This document shows, one piece after another, positions 27,105 to 45,209 of a stretch of 64,000 bases of DNA. This DNA comes from Paraspadella gotoi. Lineage: Eukaryota > Animalia > Chaetognatha. Each line of letters starts with the position of its first letter. The first letter of the stretch is position 1. The notes under the pieces are model-generated. The model saw nothing but the letters and a program-made list of their open reading frames with translations, was not told the DNA's origin and ran no database searches. Location of the stretch: positions 24,813,653 through 24,877,652 of the forward strand of contig CM119266.1 in the NCBI GenBank assembly GCA_051294375.1, in the 5' to 3' direction. Both the position numbers and the translations under genes were made by a program.

Positions 27105-29390
27105 TACTCTCTCTCTCTCTTTCCTCTTCTCTCTCTCTTTTCCCTCGGTGTTGATTAAGATTCCTTGGAGCCAACATTATTACTTCTCGTGTCGGCCGTC
27201 AATAGTGACTTTTCTTTTAAATCTAAATAATAAATTCTGGGAATTAAACCAGTAAATTGGTATAGAGTTTTTTTGCTACTCAAGTAAGTTTATAGTTGCG
27301 TTTTTCGACTGCTATTCTGACGAAGAAAAAGTTGAAAAATTAAACCCTTTTCTACCTTATTTACCTATTTACCAAAACATTAAATTCTTACGATACTTTT
27401 AAACTGCTTGTTTCAAACTCTGCATCGACAGCTTGGCGAAAAAGCATGTCAAAAAGCATGGCCAAGAAAGTCAAATAAAAAAAGCATGTCCATCGACTCC
27501 TTGGCAAAAAAAAGTGGATCTTCGGATAAAAATCATGAAAAACTGGTCTCTCTTTGGGTCGCATGAAATATTCGTGGTTGACCGATGATTTGCATCTAAT
27601 TCGGTATAATTCATCGAACCAACGTCAAGGCGGTTTTTACTTTTTCATTCTTTTCTTTCTTTTCTCCCTTCTTCTTTCTATCCTGCTTTTTTTTAGCTCT
27701 TAAGGTTTTCCTACCATTCCTTCATCCTTTTCGATAAACATTTTTGCAATTTTGTTCGCTTTCTTTGTCTTCTTGTTCCTACCTCCCTATTCCTGTCTCC
27801 CTTTTCTAATTGCCGGTTTCTGTTCGCTTTATTTTTTTATCTTTTCCCTCCCGTTTTCCTAAATCCCAGCCCGGTGTCCACTGTTAACTTCTCTTTCCCC
27901 GCTTTTCTTTTCTTTTCTTCTCTTCCTCCATTTTCTCGTCTCCCTCTCCTTTTCTTCTTTCCTTTCCTCCGTTTCCCAGCCTCCACTCCGAAGACGAACT
28001 GCTTGATTGACCTCGCGGGGTCAAAGTTCCGACCCTCGATGGCCTCGTGGAGGAAACCTCGGCGATCGAGACGAACAAGAAGAAAAGAGANNNNNNNNNN
28101 NNNNNNNNNNNNNNNNNNNNNNNNNNNNNNNNNNNNNNNNNNNNNNNNNNNNNNNNNNNNNNNNNNNNNNNNNNNNNNNNNNNNNNNNNNNNNNNNNNNN
28201 NNNNNNNNNNNNNNNNNNNNNAGAGAGAGAGAGAGAGAGAGAGAGAATAAAAAGAAAATCTCCACAAATGACGAATATTATGACAAGCTTATTGTTGGAG
28301 ATTTAAATCTTTCTTTTTTGGTTACTCCGTGTTCTCTCGTCTTGTCCAGACTTTTCGTGTACTAGATACATCGTCACGTGATCATTGGTCATTTCTGGTC
28401 ATTGGTCTCTGGTCAAGGTTGGGCGAGTTCCCTGAGGCGGCCGACTACGATGAAGAAGAGTAAGAGATGAGAGAGCAAAGCGAGTGGAGGGTAATATTAA
28501 GTAAAAAATAGAGAAAAGAGAAAAAATAACGAAAGAAGCAAAAAATAAGATAATAACAACCAAACTAAGAAAAAGAAAAAAGAAGAAAAAAAAAGGAGCC
28601 AGAGAAAATTCCGAGTCCGAATTTTTATCGCTCGCTTCTTTTTCTTTTTCTCTTCTCTATTTTCTACCTCTCCTTCTCCTTCTCCTTCTCCATCTCCTTC
28701 TTCTCCTTCCTATCATTTAGCGAAAAAAAAAACAATCATTAATTTCGCCATATCTGCCTTTCGTTCCTCCATTTTCTCTTTCCTCCACCTCCACCCTGCC
28801 GCCACCACCCCCCCTCCATCCCCCTAAACCTATCTTTCTCGGGGTCGTAATCATAACAAATGGAGGTCAGTCCAGGGGTCGCCTCGGGTTCAAAGGGGCG
28901 ACCCTAACCGACCGGTCTCGGAAATTCCACCTTCCTCGGGGTTTAAAGAGGGAAGGAAAAAGGAAATTATGGGACATCATTAGACTTTGTCAATAGGACA
29001 GATTCTGGGCTCGGAATTTCGGTCCACGAACGAAAAAGGCGCCGCGCGTGCGAGAGATAGATATGGCTAATATATTATATTCGACTCTCTCTCTCTTCTG
29101 TCTCTCTCTTCTCTCTCTCTCATCTCCAGTCGTCTATCTCTCTCTCTCTCTCTCTCTCTTTCTCTGCTCTCTCCGTTCTCTTCTCTTCTCTCTCGTTTCT
29201 TCTCTCTCTTTCCCTGAACCGGCCATTTTTACCATAATCTTACATCTTTAGCTTTGGAAGGAAATCAAACAGAAAAAAAGAAGTCATTGGCGTAATTAGG
29301 TCCAATCAGCCAATCAGCGGCGTTGATGGCGCCATAACTCTCGTTCAGCGACGGCGCCGAATCTGCTTTCCGAGGTTTGTTTGTGTTTTC
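23154..29390 (+). repeat. Copy 3 of the duplicated unit (matches 11709-18152)
   Basis: Collinear from 'gaagacgcagccttgatcga' onward. Contains a MITE copy, lacks the 15441-15737 insertion, and has no BEL/Pao block at its end. Confidence 0.9.
23883..24168. mobile_element. MITE copy in duplicated unit 3
   Basis: TATGAAAT...ATTTCATA ends; near-identical to 12474-12756. Confidence 0.7.
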
Positions 29391-29730
29391 GGCAATTTTT
29401 TTTTTCTGAAAAAATTCCGTGGGTGAATTAATTTTTTCGTAAACGGATTTAAGAATTCCGTAAATAATATATTGTTCACATTGATTACAAGCCTGTACAT
29501 TAGGGTGAAGTGAAAGTTTGGAATCAAAATTTAGAGGTTATATTTTGAAAACCACCATATTAGTGAATACTAATACTAATACTATTTAGTATATAGTATC
29601 AACCTTATATAATGTCAAAATTTCAAAATGTTTTTTTTTAAAATTCTGAGAACAGATTCAGATTCCTCTTTAAAAGTTGAAAGAAAATAGAAATCTTTTT
29701 TAAAAATTAAGTCATTAAGTAGGTTAAAAT

Positions 29731-34473
<4,743 letters not shown>

Positions 34474-34704
34474 TTTAAACCTCGATGTGAAAAGTTGATT
34501 ATTTTGACCAAAATACTTGTTTTTCAAAAGAAAGAAACGTGAAAACTTTTGTTGTTTTGAGAACAATTAAATAAAGTGGTGATTTAAATTTACTGCGTGG
34601 CATTAACTTAGTGACAAGGACCAATTTTTAAGGATCCGCCTTGAAACTCTTATTTTCTCATTTGTTTGTTTATTTTATTCAAGTGCCAAGGATATTTGAC
34701 TCGG

Positions 34705-34712
34705 TATAAAAG
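34705..34712 (+). promoter_or_regulatory. Candidate TATA box of the two-domain Ly6/uPAR-like gene
   Basis: TATAAAAG about 140 bp upstream of ATG 34846. Function is inferred from position only. Confidence 0.45.
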
Positions 34713-34845
34713 AGTAATGAACCGATCGAGCGTCTCCCATTTGGCTCTATTGAACGGCCCGATTCGCACGCTGCTGACACTACCACAAAACTACTATTTT
34801 AATAGGATTAAATTAAAAACTGTAAACCTTCTTCCCTAAAAAAAA

Positions 34846-36664
34846 ATGGAAACGACTTTTTCTAACCTTTTGTGTCTCTGCGTCTTCGCCGCCACGCTGA
34901 CGACGGGCTGGAGCGTCTCGTGCTGGAGCGACTGCTCGGTGGAGCGGACCGCGACGGTGACCCACCAATCGAGAGACAAGTGTCGACTCGTTCATCGCTG
35001 CTCCACTTGCGCTATCATCGCCAGAACGGTAAGTCAAGGAGGAGCAAACTTTGCTGATACAAGCGGTTGTCGAGGAAAAAAAACAACTTTAAAATAAAGG
35101 GAGAATTAAATAATGAATTTGTAATTTTAAAAGTAAATCCAAGAAGAGTTTTCTCCCGGGAGTACTCATTTCTCAATTTTCCCCCGCCCCACCTTTCGCA
35201 CTCCAAGAACGTCGAGCACGCCCGCCTCCTCTGCCTCACCTCCCCATCCGCCCCCACCGCCTCTTCCAACTGCTTCGTCTATCGCAACGCCGTGGCCTGC
35301 TTCTGCAAAGACGACGTCTGCAACGGAGACCCGGAAGTCCATTTACCGTCGATGGAGACGCTGACGGAGTTGGAGACAGCTGCGGAGGCGATGACTGCGG
35401 CGTCGGCGGCGGCTGGGGCGGCGGTGGGGGGAAAATTGACGAGGCTGGACGACGACGAAGAAGAAGTAAGGAATTTGTCAAATTATGTTTTGTTTGTTGA
35501 GTAAATTTTTTTGGGAGTATTGATTGTTTTATTTTTTTATTATCTCGACGTTTTTTGGTTAGTTTTTGATCAGTTTTTAAAAATTTTATATGTCCATGTC
35601 CATGGCACTAAGGCTGATGTTTGTTGGTAATCGAAGTCACGAATGTCACATACTTTTTCTTTTTTTCTCTATTCACCTGCGTTCACTTCTCCGCTTATCA
35701 CTACTCAGGATTTATCCTCCTCATCTTTGTCCTCCTCGGGACGCCGCGGCGCCAGCCCTTTCGCCATGGCGCCACAAAAGGCGACGGAAATGGACTCGTC
35801 ACCCATCGCCGCGTGGCTGCAGCAGCTTAGCGCCGCTTCCGACGCCGATTGGCAAACCGGCGGCGAGAGAGCAAGGCCTGTCGTGTCTTCTGATATCAAC
35901 GCCGGTACTGAATACTAAAAAACCCACCGTTGCCTGTCTGAAGTCAGGGGTAACTTTGGATAAATTGTATAATGTATAATTGTACATTTTTGTACCAATT
36001 TAATACGGAGATTGCTTCCTTCCCCTTTTTACTTTTTACGATTGGAATGATCTTGGTCTTTATCCAAACATTCTTTCCTTACTTACTTACTTACTAACTT
36101 ACTTACTACTTACTTCCTTTCTTACTTACTTACGTGCATTTGTAGAACACCATCCCATTTCTGCAAAATATTTTTTATTTCTTTCTTTCCTTTCTTTCGT
36201 CATATTTTGTTGCTAGGTCTTCGCTGCTACGACGGTCCCCGATGCGTCACTCGTCGGGGCGGCAGTGCGCCGCGCGGCAGCTGCAAAATTGCCACGAACT
36301 GCAACGCCTGCGCCAGGAGCTTTGACAAGGCCAAAGGGGTAAAGAGTCGGGAACCATTCTACATTTTGATGTCTAAAGTTGGTCATGGATGGAACCTTTG
36401 GCTCATTGGGATAAGCAATTCGATGTTTTCAAATCGGCAAGACTTATTAATTAATGCCTTACACTCTCTCATTGATCTCAGACTGTACGACTTCACTGTT
36501 GGTACAACAAAGCTAACCACGGCCAGTGTCACGACAGCGTCTGGATCAAATACAGCGGCTCCGGTTATAAGTTCTACATACCCAACGGAAAGATCTGCTT
36601 TTGTCGCAATCAACTGTGCAACGGGAACGGGCAGATGGCCGCTCCTTTGCAGGAGTTGCCTTAG
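34846..36664 (+). CDS. Secreted protein (313 aa) with two Ly6/uPAR-like three-finger domains; exons 34846-35028, 35208-35465, 35709-35904, 36217-36338, 36482-36664
   Basis: All introns are GT-AG with consistent phases (0,0,1,0). Signal peptide METTFSNLLCLCVFAATLTTGWS. Domain 1 runs VSCWSDC...CFCKDDVCN and domain 2 runs LRCYDGPRC...CFCRNQLCN, each with 10 Cys. Stop TAG 36662-36664; AATAAA at ~36754. Confidence 0.85.
35924..36006. mobile_element. Diverged fragment of the MITE right end in intron 3
   Basis: ccacc..gcctgtctgaagtcagggg...ggataa...tgtaccaatttaatac resembles ccaccaaagcctgtccaaagtcagggg...ggataa...tgtaccaatttcatac. Confidence 0.5.
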
Positions 36665-37063
36665 AAACCTCAGTGGGGTCCTTTTGAGCTTTTGTTCAAT
36701 AAGACTTAAAAACTTAGGTTTATAAAATTTGCGAAGCCGATTATGATGTAAAGAATAAAAAAGTCTGTTCAATATCTTTGACTGTGTTTTTTATCAGAAA
36801 TTGTAAAACTACGTAACTTTTCTGTGTTACAAGTTTTTTTTCATCGTCACTTATCGTCACCATAGAGATCTGGCAGAAAAAGGGTTAGTCAGAAAAAAAA
36901 AATAGTTCGGCATCGGTTGGGCATAAAAAAACTCGAGAAAATACAGCATTAAGGCAAGAAAGAGATCAATGGAGAGGGATTTACTTCTATTACCCCGAGA
37001 AACCGAAAAAAGAAGGGAGAGAGAGAGAGAGAAGAGAAGAGAGGAGAGAGAGAGAGAAGAAGA

Positions 37064-37105
<42 letters not shown>

Positions 37106-38546
37106 GAGGAAAAAGAGAGAGAGAGAGAGAGAGAATATGGAGGTCAGACCGCGAAGGAGAAGGTGCCGAAAAGAGCTCATAATGGAAGTGTGGAGAGTTC
37201 GAAGACAAAATGGTTCGGTGACGAAGAAAGAAAACCTTTCTTTTTCCTTTTGGATTTGACAACAAGAAAACTAACGTATGCAGTAACAGTTACCACTTGT
37301 CACTTCTCAGATGATAAAACTAAGCGAATGGCATTTTCCAATGAAAACGGGCTTAGCTTTCCGCTTCTAGCGATTGGCAGAAGCGGAGACAAGAAAAAAA
37401 AGGGACTGCATTAAAGTTTGAAAGGGAAATTCGTTTGAAAGCGAGAATTTAATTGCGGTTAATCGAGGTTCTCCTCTCTCCATCGATGCCCGCGGGCCGA
37501 AGTTTAACGACGGGGTCGAAGGAGAGAAGAGAACGAATCTCGTCTGTCCTCGATCAACCGCACAGGCGATGGAAAATGAAAGCTCGATGCGCAACAAAAA
37601 GCTCGAAGAAATGTAATGAACATGATATCAACGTTATTTTTTTCACTAATAGTATTACGATCTTAGTTTCGGTGATTCCATTTTTAAAAAAAAAAATATT
37701 TTACGGTGATTATTTTTTTAAATAAAAAATCTAAGACGTAGAGATTATCAGGCGCTATGGCGAGGAAAAGGGACATTCTCCCTTGACAAAAAACTTTCAA
37801 AAAAAAAGGCGCTTGGTTAACGCGACTAAACCAATAAAAGTTAACGTCTGACGCCTCGAGCGCCATCAGGCAGCGAGAAACTTAATTACGAAAAAAAAAG
37901 CGAAGGAAGAAACAAAAGGGAAATCGAAGTAGATTCGAAATTTGGTTGATCAATGAAAAATCGAAAGTGCTTTTATTTTGATCGAGTCTCTGGTAAGATT
38001 TCACATATCCACGGATAAATGTCTTACGTCAGACATCCGTTTCGATTTTGTTAAAAACAGTTACAACCTGTCACAAGAAGAATGATCAATCAAGTCGAAT
38101 CCATTTTGTGTTAATATTAAAATTGATTTGCAGAACCAGGTTTTTTTTTTATCCCGTACTGAACTTTTTTCACATTTCTGTGGAAAAAAATGAGTTGAAA
38201 AACGATTTGAGTCACACGAAACGGCTCAAAAGCGAAGGGGCCGAGAGAGAAAGGGAAAGAGAGAAAAATTAAAAAGAAGAGAGAGAAAAAAATGAGTGAG
38301 AGAGAAAAGGAGAGAAAGAAGAAAAGAGAGAAAGAGAGAGAGAGAGAGAGAAAAAAGAGAACTATGAAGGAATTGTTTCGCAGTAATTCGTTCTTTCTTC
38401 TTTTATTGCCTCATTTAAAACGTGAAAAAGTAATGAAAAATGAAGAACGACGCGGAGAGTGAGAGGGTACAAGGGAGAGAGAGGGAGGGAGAGAGAGAGA
38501 GACAGAGAGAGAGAGAGAGATGGAAAGAGAGAGAAAGAGAGAGAGA

Positions 38547-38584
<38 letters not shown>

Positions 38585-38702
38585 AGAGAAACAGTCTAAG
38601 AATAAAGGAAAGCCTTAATAGCTTATTGCTTTGGTTTAAAAGCGTCAATATATAAAAAATGTGACTGAAACCGACATATCGTCTGATCACGCCCCCGATG
38701 CG

Positions 38703-38768
38703 GCGTCAAAAGCTCTAGCGTCAAAATCTCCAACGTCAGAAGCTCCAGCGTCAAAAGCTCCAGCGTCA
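38703..38768. repeat. 15-bp minisatellite (GCGTCAAAAGCTCCA, ~4.4 copies)
   Basis: Units start at 38703, 38718, 38733 and 38748, with a partial unit at 38763. Confidence 0.85.
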
Positions 38769-39064
38769 CTCGGTAGCGAAAAAGGGATCGTTCCGCGCCA
38801 CTCTGCGTCATAAATGCCAACACTTCTTCATCCCGTGCAAAATCCTTACCGCCACAATCTAAGACTTCACCCACAACCCACAACCCCCGTCCCTGCCAAC
38901 CACCGTCTCTCCGTTCACCACGTCACCCACCCTTCCCCACCCCACGCCCGGCCACCACAGAGCGGCGCTGCCATCACTCAACATAGACGTCATCGTAAAG
39001 ACTCGAGTTGCGCGAAGGCAGGAGATAACATCGTCATCTGTTTAATTTGATTCATCCCATTTGA

Positions 39065-39103
<39 letters not shown>

Positions 39104-40824
39104 GCTCGGGCTCTCCCTCGGATGCTGAAGGGATCAACTACTATGGATCAGTTCAGTGGAAGTGACCCACTGAATTTAATTTGAATCTTCTTTCAAGGCA
39201 CGACGACGACGGGCGACGACGACGACGACGACGACGACGGCTACGCCAATACCAACGGGAGATAGGGGGGGAAGAAAGAATTGGGTCAAGGGCAGATATG
39301 GTAGTAAAAAAAGGGGCGGAACCGGGATCTTCGGATCTTCGGGATGGAATTTGCTAGAGGAGGCCGAGTAGAGAGAAAGGGGCCGAGGGTCGTTCATTGT
39401 TGGCGGTAAGGGTCGAGGAGTCAACGGGTAACGGTCGTCTGAAGAGGAGGTTTGGTCAGAGATCGCGCAAATAGCGACGGCCTTGGGGTCCAACATTGTT
39501 TTCTCGAATCTAAATGTATGTATCCAGTTAGATGAGGAGAGTAAATATAGAGAATAAAACAAGAAAAATATTTTTTTTTTTGCTAATGAAAATTGATTAA
39601 AACTTCCTTGTTAACCAGTTAACCACCATACCTGGAACCGTTAATGATTTACGTATTCCGCATGACTTGTATTTTGTAAAAAACAAACAAACACAAATTT
39701 AAAACTAAATAGCAATAGTCACGTCACCCAAACCTCGCCCGACGAAAAAAAAAGTCCACAATAAGCGGACGTTTATTTAATTATTTATTAAATTTTCGTT
39801 GCGCCCGTCCGAAATAAATTGTATTTACGATTTTCGCGTCCATTGTAACATCTCAAGTGAGTTTGTAGAGAAGGGCACGTGACCCTTATCCATCCGCTGG
39901 GCGAGTTACGAGTCTCCGGAGGAGGATAATACGGAGATCTCACTCACCCTCGCCTCGATGTCAAAAATCCCTATAACTGCCTCAACCCTCTACTCGCCAT
40001 ACCTTCTCCGCTGGCTTCAGTTTATAACTTCCCTGCCAAAAGATGTCTTTCCTCTCGTGGCCCCCCAACTCCCCCGACCCCAACCACCTTTACCCCCTCT
40101 ACAAATTTATGACCTCACCTCCGCTGACCCACCCGACGTCGAAATGTACATTTTACGACGTCGTTCTCTTTTCGATAACTTCGACGACGCGACATAAATT
40201 CCCGACCTTTGGTGGCCGGTCCCGCCAGGGGTTGCGAGACTCTGTCTCTCTTACTCTCGGGAGGTTTAAATATGAAATGGATAATATTGTTAGCAGTTAA
40301 ATGATGCAGACGCGTGCAAGGGGCAAACTTAATATAATAAATAAACAATGACATTGAGGCAACAACACGGATTTCTTGTATATATTCTAAATTATATATT
40401 AAATCTCAACCATGAGATTTTTTTTCCTTCTCGATATTGTGCCACGAAGCCCGGACATAGCGTTTTTTATTCTCGAATGTTCGATAAACGGAAGGGAAGG
40501 GGCTAATTCTTTAATTCCATTAGCATAATTTTTATTATCGACAATCCGTGTTGCTTCTTATCCTCCTCTACATAAAACTTACAAATCACAGGCGAGTATT
40601 TATTCAATATTTTCTCTGATTGGTTCTCGTCAACGCCGAGATTTTCCCGCCAATAATTGTTAATTGTTAATGTCAGCTATATTTTTAATTGCTCGTAGAC
40701 GCCGTATATTCTTAGTCTCGTTACGTTATAGTACTGCAACGTAAGTTATAAATAAGTAATTCAATTATCGAATTTATTCACGGCGAAAGTTTCTCCCTCA
40801 GTAATTCATTTTGCTTTCTTTAGA

Positions 40825-43296
40825 ATGTCGTGCCCATTCGCCCTCCTCGTTCTTCTCGCCCTCATTCCCTCTCTACCTCGCCAAACCGTCGCCGACAATT
40901 GCGTCGCCGGACACAACGATTTTTCCAGAACCTACATGTACTACGTTGGCGCGCCGGGCACTCAGCTTGGCCGGGAGATGAACGACACTATGTACTACAC
41001 GACCAACGCGGACATTCCGCAGCTGCCAACTGTCCGCGGCTTAATGGGCACAGAGGGTAAGGTTCTTGGGGACGGCCTATGACGCCTGACCCACTATTTT
41101 ACAATTTTTTCGCGGTTCAGGCACTTACCGGTTCATGGGCGTCTACACTCAAACCTTGATCGTGATCGGCGAGCCCAAGTACGGCCTGTGGCGTTATCAA
41201 GAGAACGGCTTTGTTCGCGAGTATCGGCGGAAGGCGATGGTCGGAATTTCAGTCGACGTCGATCCCAACAACGTCACGGCGGTTTCTCAGGTTTATATAT
41301 TTAATATAAATATATTAGTTGAAATATTGTAATATTAATTTCCCCCGTAGGAGGATTACGACAAAATCCTGTACAACTACGACAGCTTTATTCCGGAAGA
41401 GGGCGTCAAGGGTTATAAGTACCCGGACCAAGAAGAAACCGAGGGCTGCAAACCGATGCTGAACTTTATCGGTAGACTTGTGAGAACAAATGTCTCATCA
41501 CGAAATGTGACTTATACTTTTCTTTGATCCCAAAGACCTCACTATCTACCACCCCAAGTACGGCAACAAATACTACGCCCATCCGCCCATCGATCTGCCC
41601 ATTTTTTACTGCTTCGTCTCGCAATACGATTATCCTTATTTGTTCGACGTCTGGAAGTACGTCATCGCGCAGAAACTCGCCAATGTCATCGGGCCTCTGG
41701 GAATTCGAGCGGGTAGGTGCTAGGCGAGAAACCCCGGACCTTTGGGTTGGGAGGTGAATGATTTGCCTCCTATATCCTGCACCATTGGCCGCTGATAAAC
41801 GGTTGGTGGATTTTAGTCCACCATACAACCAACATTATTCTATACGTAAAAACGTTTACTCATACGTAGGTCTCGACATCCACGAAAACTACCGCGAAGT
41901 CGTCCGCCTCTTTCCGTTTTCCGATGCCTCGATTTGGGCAAATGTGGGCGTGGGTAACAATGAGACAGACTTCATGAGGACCACGCTGGAGGAGCTCGTC
42001 AACGGCACGGCGCAGACAGTCAATTATCAGTGGGTCTTGCGGAATGTTTAGTTACTTGCAATCGTTTAAATAAATCCATTTCGGCAGGCGTATCGATCTC
42101 TCCAAAACAAAGTACGAGTTTTACCTCGTCGAAAAGGTCCTGTACAACCAGCCCAGAATAAATATGGTCCTCGTCATGGAGAATGCTCACGGCAACTACT
42201 CGTACTCTTACGTCCGTCCCGATGGGTGAGTTAAGAATCGCACAAGTTTTTTGGAAAACTGTAAAACTCGCCAATCTTAAATTTTCTTCAACACGCTTCT
42301 GCTTCCCACAGCCATTATTGGGAAAACCTTCGTCACATCAACCCCAACGCTACTCTCAACGTCCAAACTATGGTGGACCACTACCCGCAAGTTTGGATTG
42401 AAGGCGTGGATCAACCACTCTCGGCCAGAGGGCTACCGGTTTACGGCCACTCACGAATGAACCGTAACAAGTTCGGCTTAGGCGGCGGAGCCTGTCCCAA
42501 CAGGGGTGGCGACTTGGCCTATTACCCATGGGGCGTCTCTGGAGCCATTTCGGGAACTACGTATCAGGTAAGTGGGTCGTTATTCTGAGTGGTGATAATT
42601 GTATGTTTTAAAAAAATAGCGCAATTAATCACGAAATAACGTTAAGAAAAAATAGGAAATATTTTATAAATCTTCCTTCACCCCCTCCTCATCTTCAGGA
42701 AGTAACTTCGATCTGTGACGCGTTCCTTCTCGATCTCAAACTCTGGGCCAACTTGGACGTGGAGACTTGGGCCGACTCCTCTCTCTACGCCGGCAACGCC
42801 GCCTTCGACACCGAGGAGATAAACTACGTCGTTGACAGGAATTGGTGAGTTAACGCCGACAACAATCCATTGATCTTACGTGCTATTGCTTAACATATTA
42901 CACGAACAAGTTGTATATATATATTCGTGCAATATTTACAAAGTGCTTCAGCAATCTCTCTTAAATTCCCTTACCAGGTACGGCATGTACACTGACCCTT
43001 ACCTCTTGGGAAAAAACGCGACTAACCCATACGCCGCAGATTATACGGGCGAGGGAAGAATCATCTACCATGACTCAGAAAAACTCGACACGCTCACGAT
43101 TCCGCTCAACTTCACTCGAAAGGGTTCTGTAATTGAATACGTCGAAGTTCCGGACATACCTCAGTAAGTTGAACTTATAGACTTGTGAATTATTCAAATA
43201 ATTTCACGTAATACAACTTTTTGAATTTTTTTTTTCAGCACGTTGCCAGGTTCTGGAGAGCAGAGCACACTACCGTTTTTTCCAAGAATTTGGTAA
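40825..43296 (+). CDS. Uncharacterised secreted glycoprotein, 547 aa; coding exons 40825-41056, 41121-41290, 41351-41471, 41536-41712, 41870-42029, 42088-42225, 42312-42567, 42699-42844, 42978-43163, 43239-43296
   Basis: Nine GT-AG introns join into one uninterrupted 1644-nt frame. Signal peptide MSCPFALLVLLALIPSLPRQTVA. Many Tyr and N-x-S/T sequons. Probable 5'UTR intron 40741-40823 (GTAAGT...TTTAG). AATAAA at ~43423. Confidence 0.9.
41728..41826 (-). mobile_element. Short dispersed repeat (SINE-like) in intron 4; related to 52452-52566
   Basis: 41778-41826 is the near-exact reverse complement of 52452-52500. Shares the hairpin TGGTGGA-TTTTAG-TCCACCA and the motif AGGTCCGGGGTT. Confidence 0.55.
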
Positions 43297-45171
43297 CAAA
43301 AAGATTTTCTAGCATTTCATCGCTAATGTGGCAACTTCTCTCCCAATCTTCTGTCTACGCTTTTAGTCACTAGTTTTTATGATACACTACAATGTTTATT
43401 CGACCTTGTACTTGCGTATTTTAATAAAATTTTATACTAAACCTGCTTGTGTAATTATGAATTCGAATGCCGAGTTAGATATCTCAAAATGAGGTTTTTA
43501 TTCAATATTGTTAGCCTTCCTAATAGCGTAATATTTAAATTATTCCAATGATCGTGTCCCCGAACCAATTAAGAAATGTCAATAGTAAGCGCATGTATCA
43601 TTTTATAGTATATCAAAACGTAGTTCGTATCCTTTACTAACCCTATGCCATTAGACCTTCGATTTTTAGGTTTGTCTTTGTACGACACAGATCTTCTAAA
43701 AATAAGTTTATCGGCGGGTTTCTTGCAGCGCCATCGTTGGGAGAAGAGGCTAATGAAGACGGCGAATTGACGCCGTTGAAATCGCCGCCGCCGCCGCCGC
43801 GGGCAACGACATCGGTCCCTCGCAGTAGAGAACCATTAATCGAAACAATGAAGTGAAATGGCGGACGACTCGATCAAAATGATCATTTTGCATGAATAAT
43901 TTCACTTGGGGGTGCCGGTGGGGTGAGGCATGAGGCCAGTGGAAGGTGGTTTTGTGGATGAAACTCTCATGGTTTGCTTACAATTTTGGTCGGTTTTCCT
44001 GCTCGTCTTCGTACAGGTGTATTTTAATTAAATCATACAATACTAATGCCTAAGTTAATCAATTCCTCCACCCCCTCGTTCAATTACGCATCCCTATATA
44101 ACCACTCCAACCTACAACAACAACAACGCCGCTCCATTTACTTTTCGCTCGTTCGGTCTTCGTTAGAACTCGATAGCGTAACGTCGACGCTCGGCGCGGA
44201 TGCGTTACCACGACGACGGATATCGGCGACGATGGCTTTTGCCGCCGCCGCTCGGCCGACGGCGGCGGCGTCCCCGCGAGTTTAATTACGCCGTTGATCA
44301 GTTTTTTCTCGTCAATTCATGAAATTAGAATCCTTAAGAAAAGAGGGAGAGAGGGGTGAAGAGGAGAGAGAAGAGAATAGCTGGAAATCTCCATCGAATT
44401 AAAAAAATAGGGAAAAAAAAGTTGAAATGAAAAGAGAAAACGCGGAAAGGGGGGGGGGAAATGAGAGCGAGAGAGAGAAAAAGTGAAGAGAAAAAGAGAC
44501 TCCCGACTTCATTTAAGGCGGCCTCATCGTGAAATGCGGGGACCACCAGCTCTTCGCTATTTCGCAGCCGGACGGAGAGCGGGAGAGCGAGAGAGCGATG
44601 GATCTGGAGATGCGGAGAAATAGAGAGGGAATGAGAGAGAGAGACATTCACAGAAGTTCTCCCCCTCTCCCTTTTTCTGTAATTTGCATAAGCGGTGGTG
44701 GATGAGATGTTCGGTGGCGGGGTTTGTGCAACGGTCGTGTTTGATAACTGAACTCTGATAATAATTTAGATTTGAAAAGACAAAAAGGAAAATTGAGAGA
44801 TCGTGAATGTTGCTGTTATTTCAAAAATGAATATTTTTTTTTTGTATTGCCCTTTCAGCATTAATGAAAACTTAATTTAAAAAAAAAAATTAAAAAAACA
44901 GCTTGGGATAAAATTGTCATTGAAAGTAATTTTAAAATACAAGGCTTATGCTTCTTGACGCTTGAGTGAATCTTGTCAATTTCAACCCAAAAAACTTAAT
45001 ATTTGCTTAAAACACTGTGACTCTATCATCAATAATATTAACTTTTTATCACTTTCTTTCCACCATTACTTTCCTTCTCAATCTGGTTTTTTTCTATTAT
45101 TTATTTTTTTCCGGAGCAATTTTTTTATCGTCGCTTTTTACGAGTAAGACGCTGGCGAGCCACTAATTAGG

Positions 45172-45209
<38 letters not shown>

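Noticed and set aside
38703-38768. Short repeat arrays (also ~3155-3225, ~8615-8655, ~14755-14810) as CRISPR-like
   Set aside because: Head-to-tail units without unique spacers, in a eukaryotic context.
40747-40752. TATAAA upstream of the 547-aa gene
   Set aside because: Falls inside the probable 5'UTR intron 40741-40823.
43729-43856. Short acceptor-led Pro-rich frame (APSLGEEANEDGELTPLKSPPPPP...)
   Set aside because: Isolated, lies after the upstream gene's poly(A) signal, and no supporting donor exon was identified.
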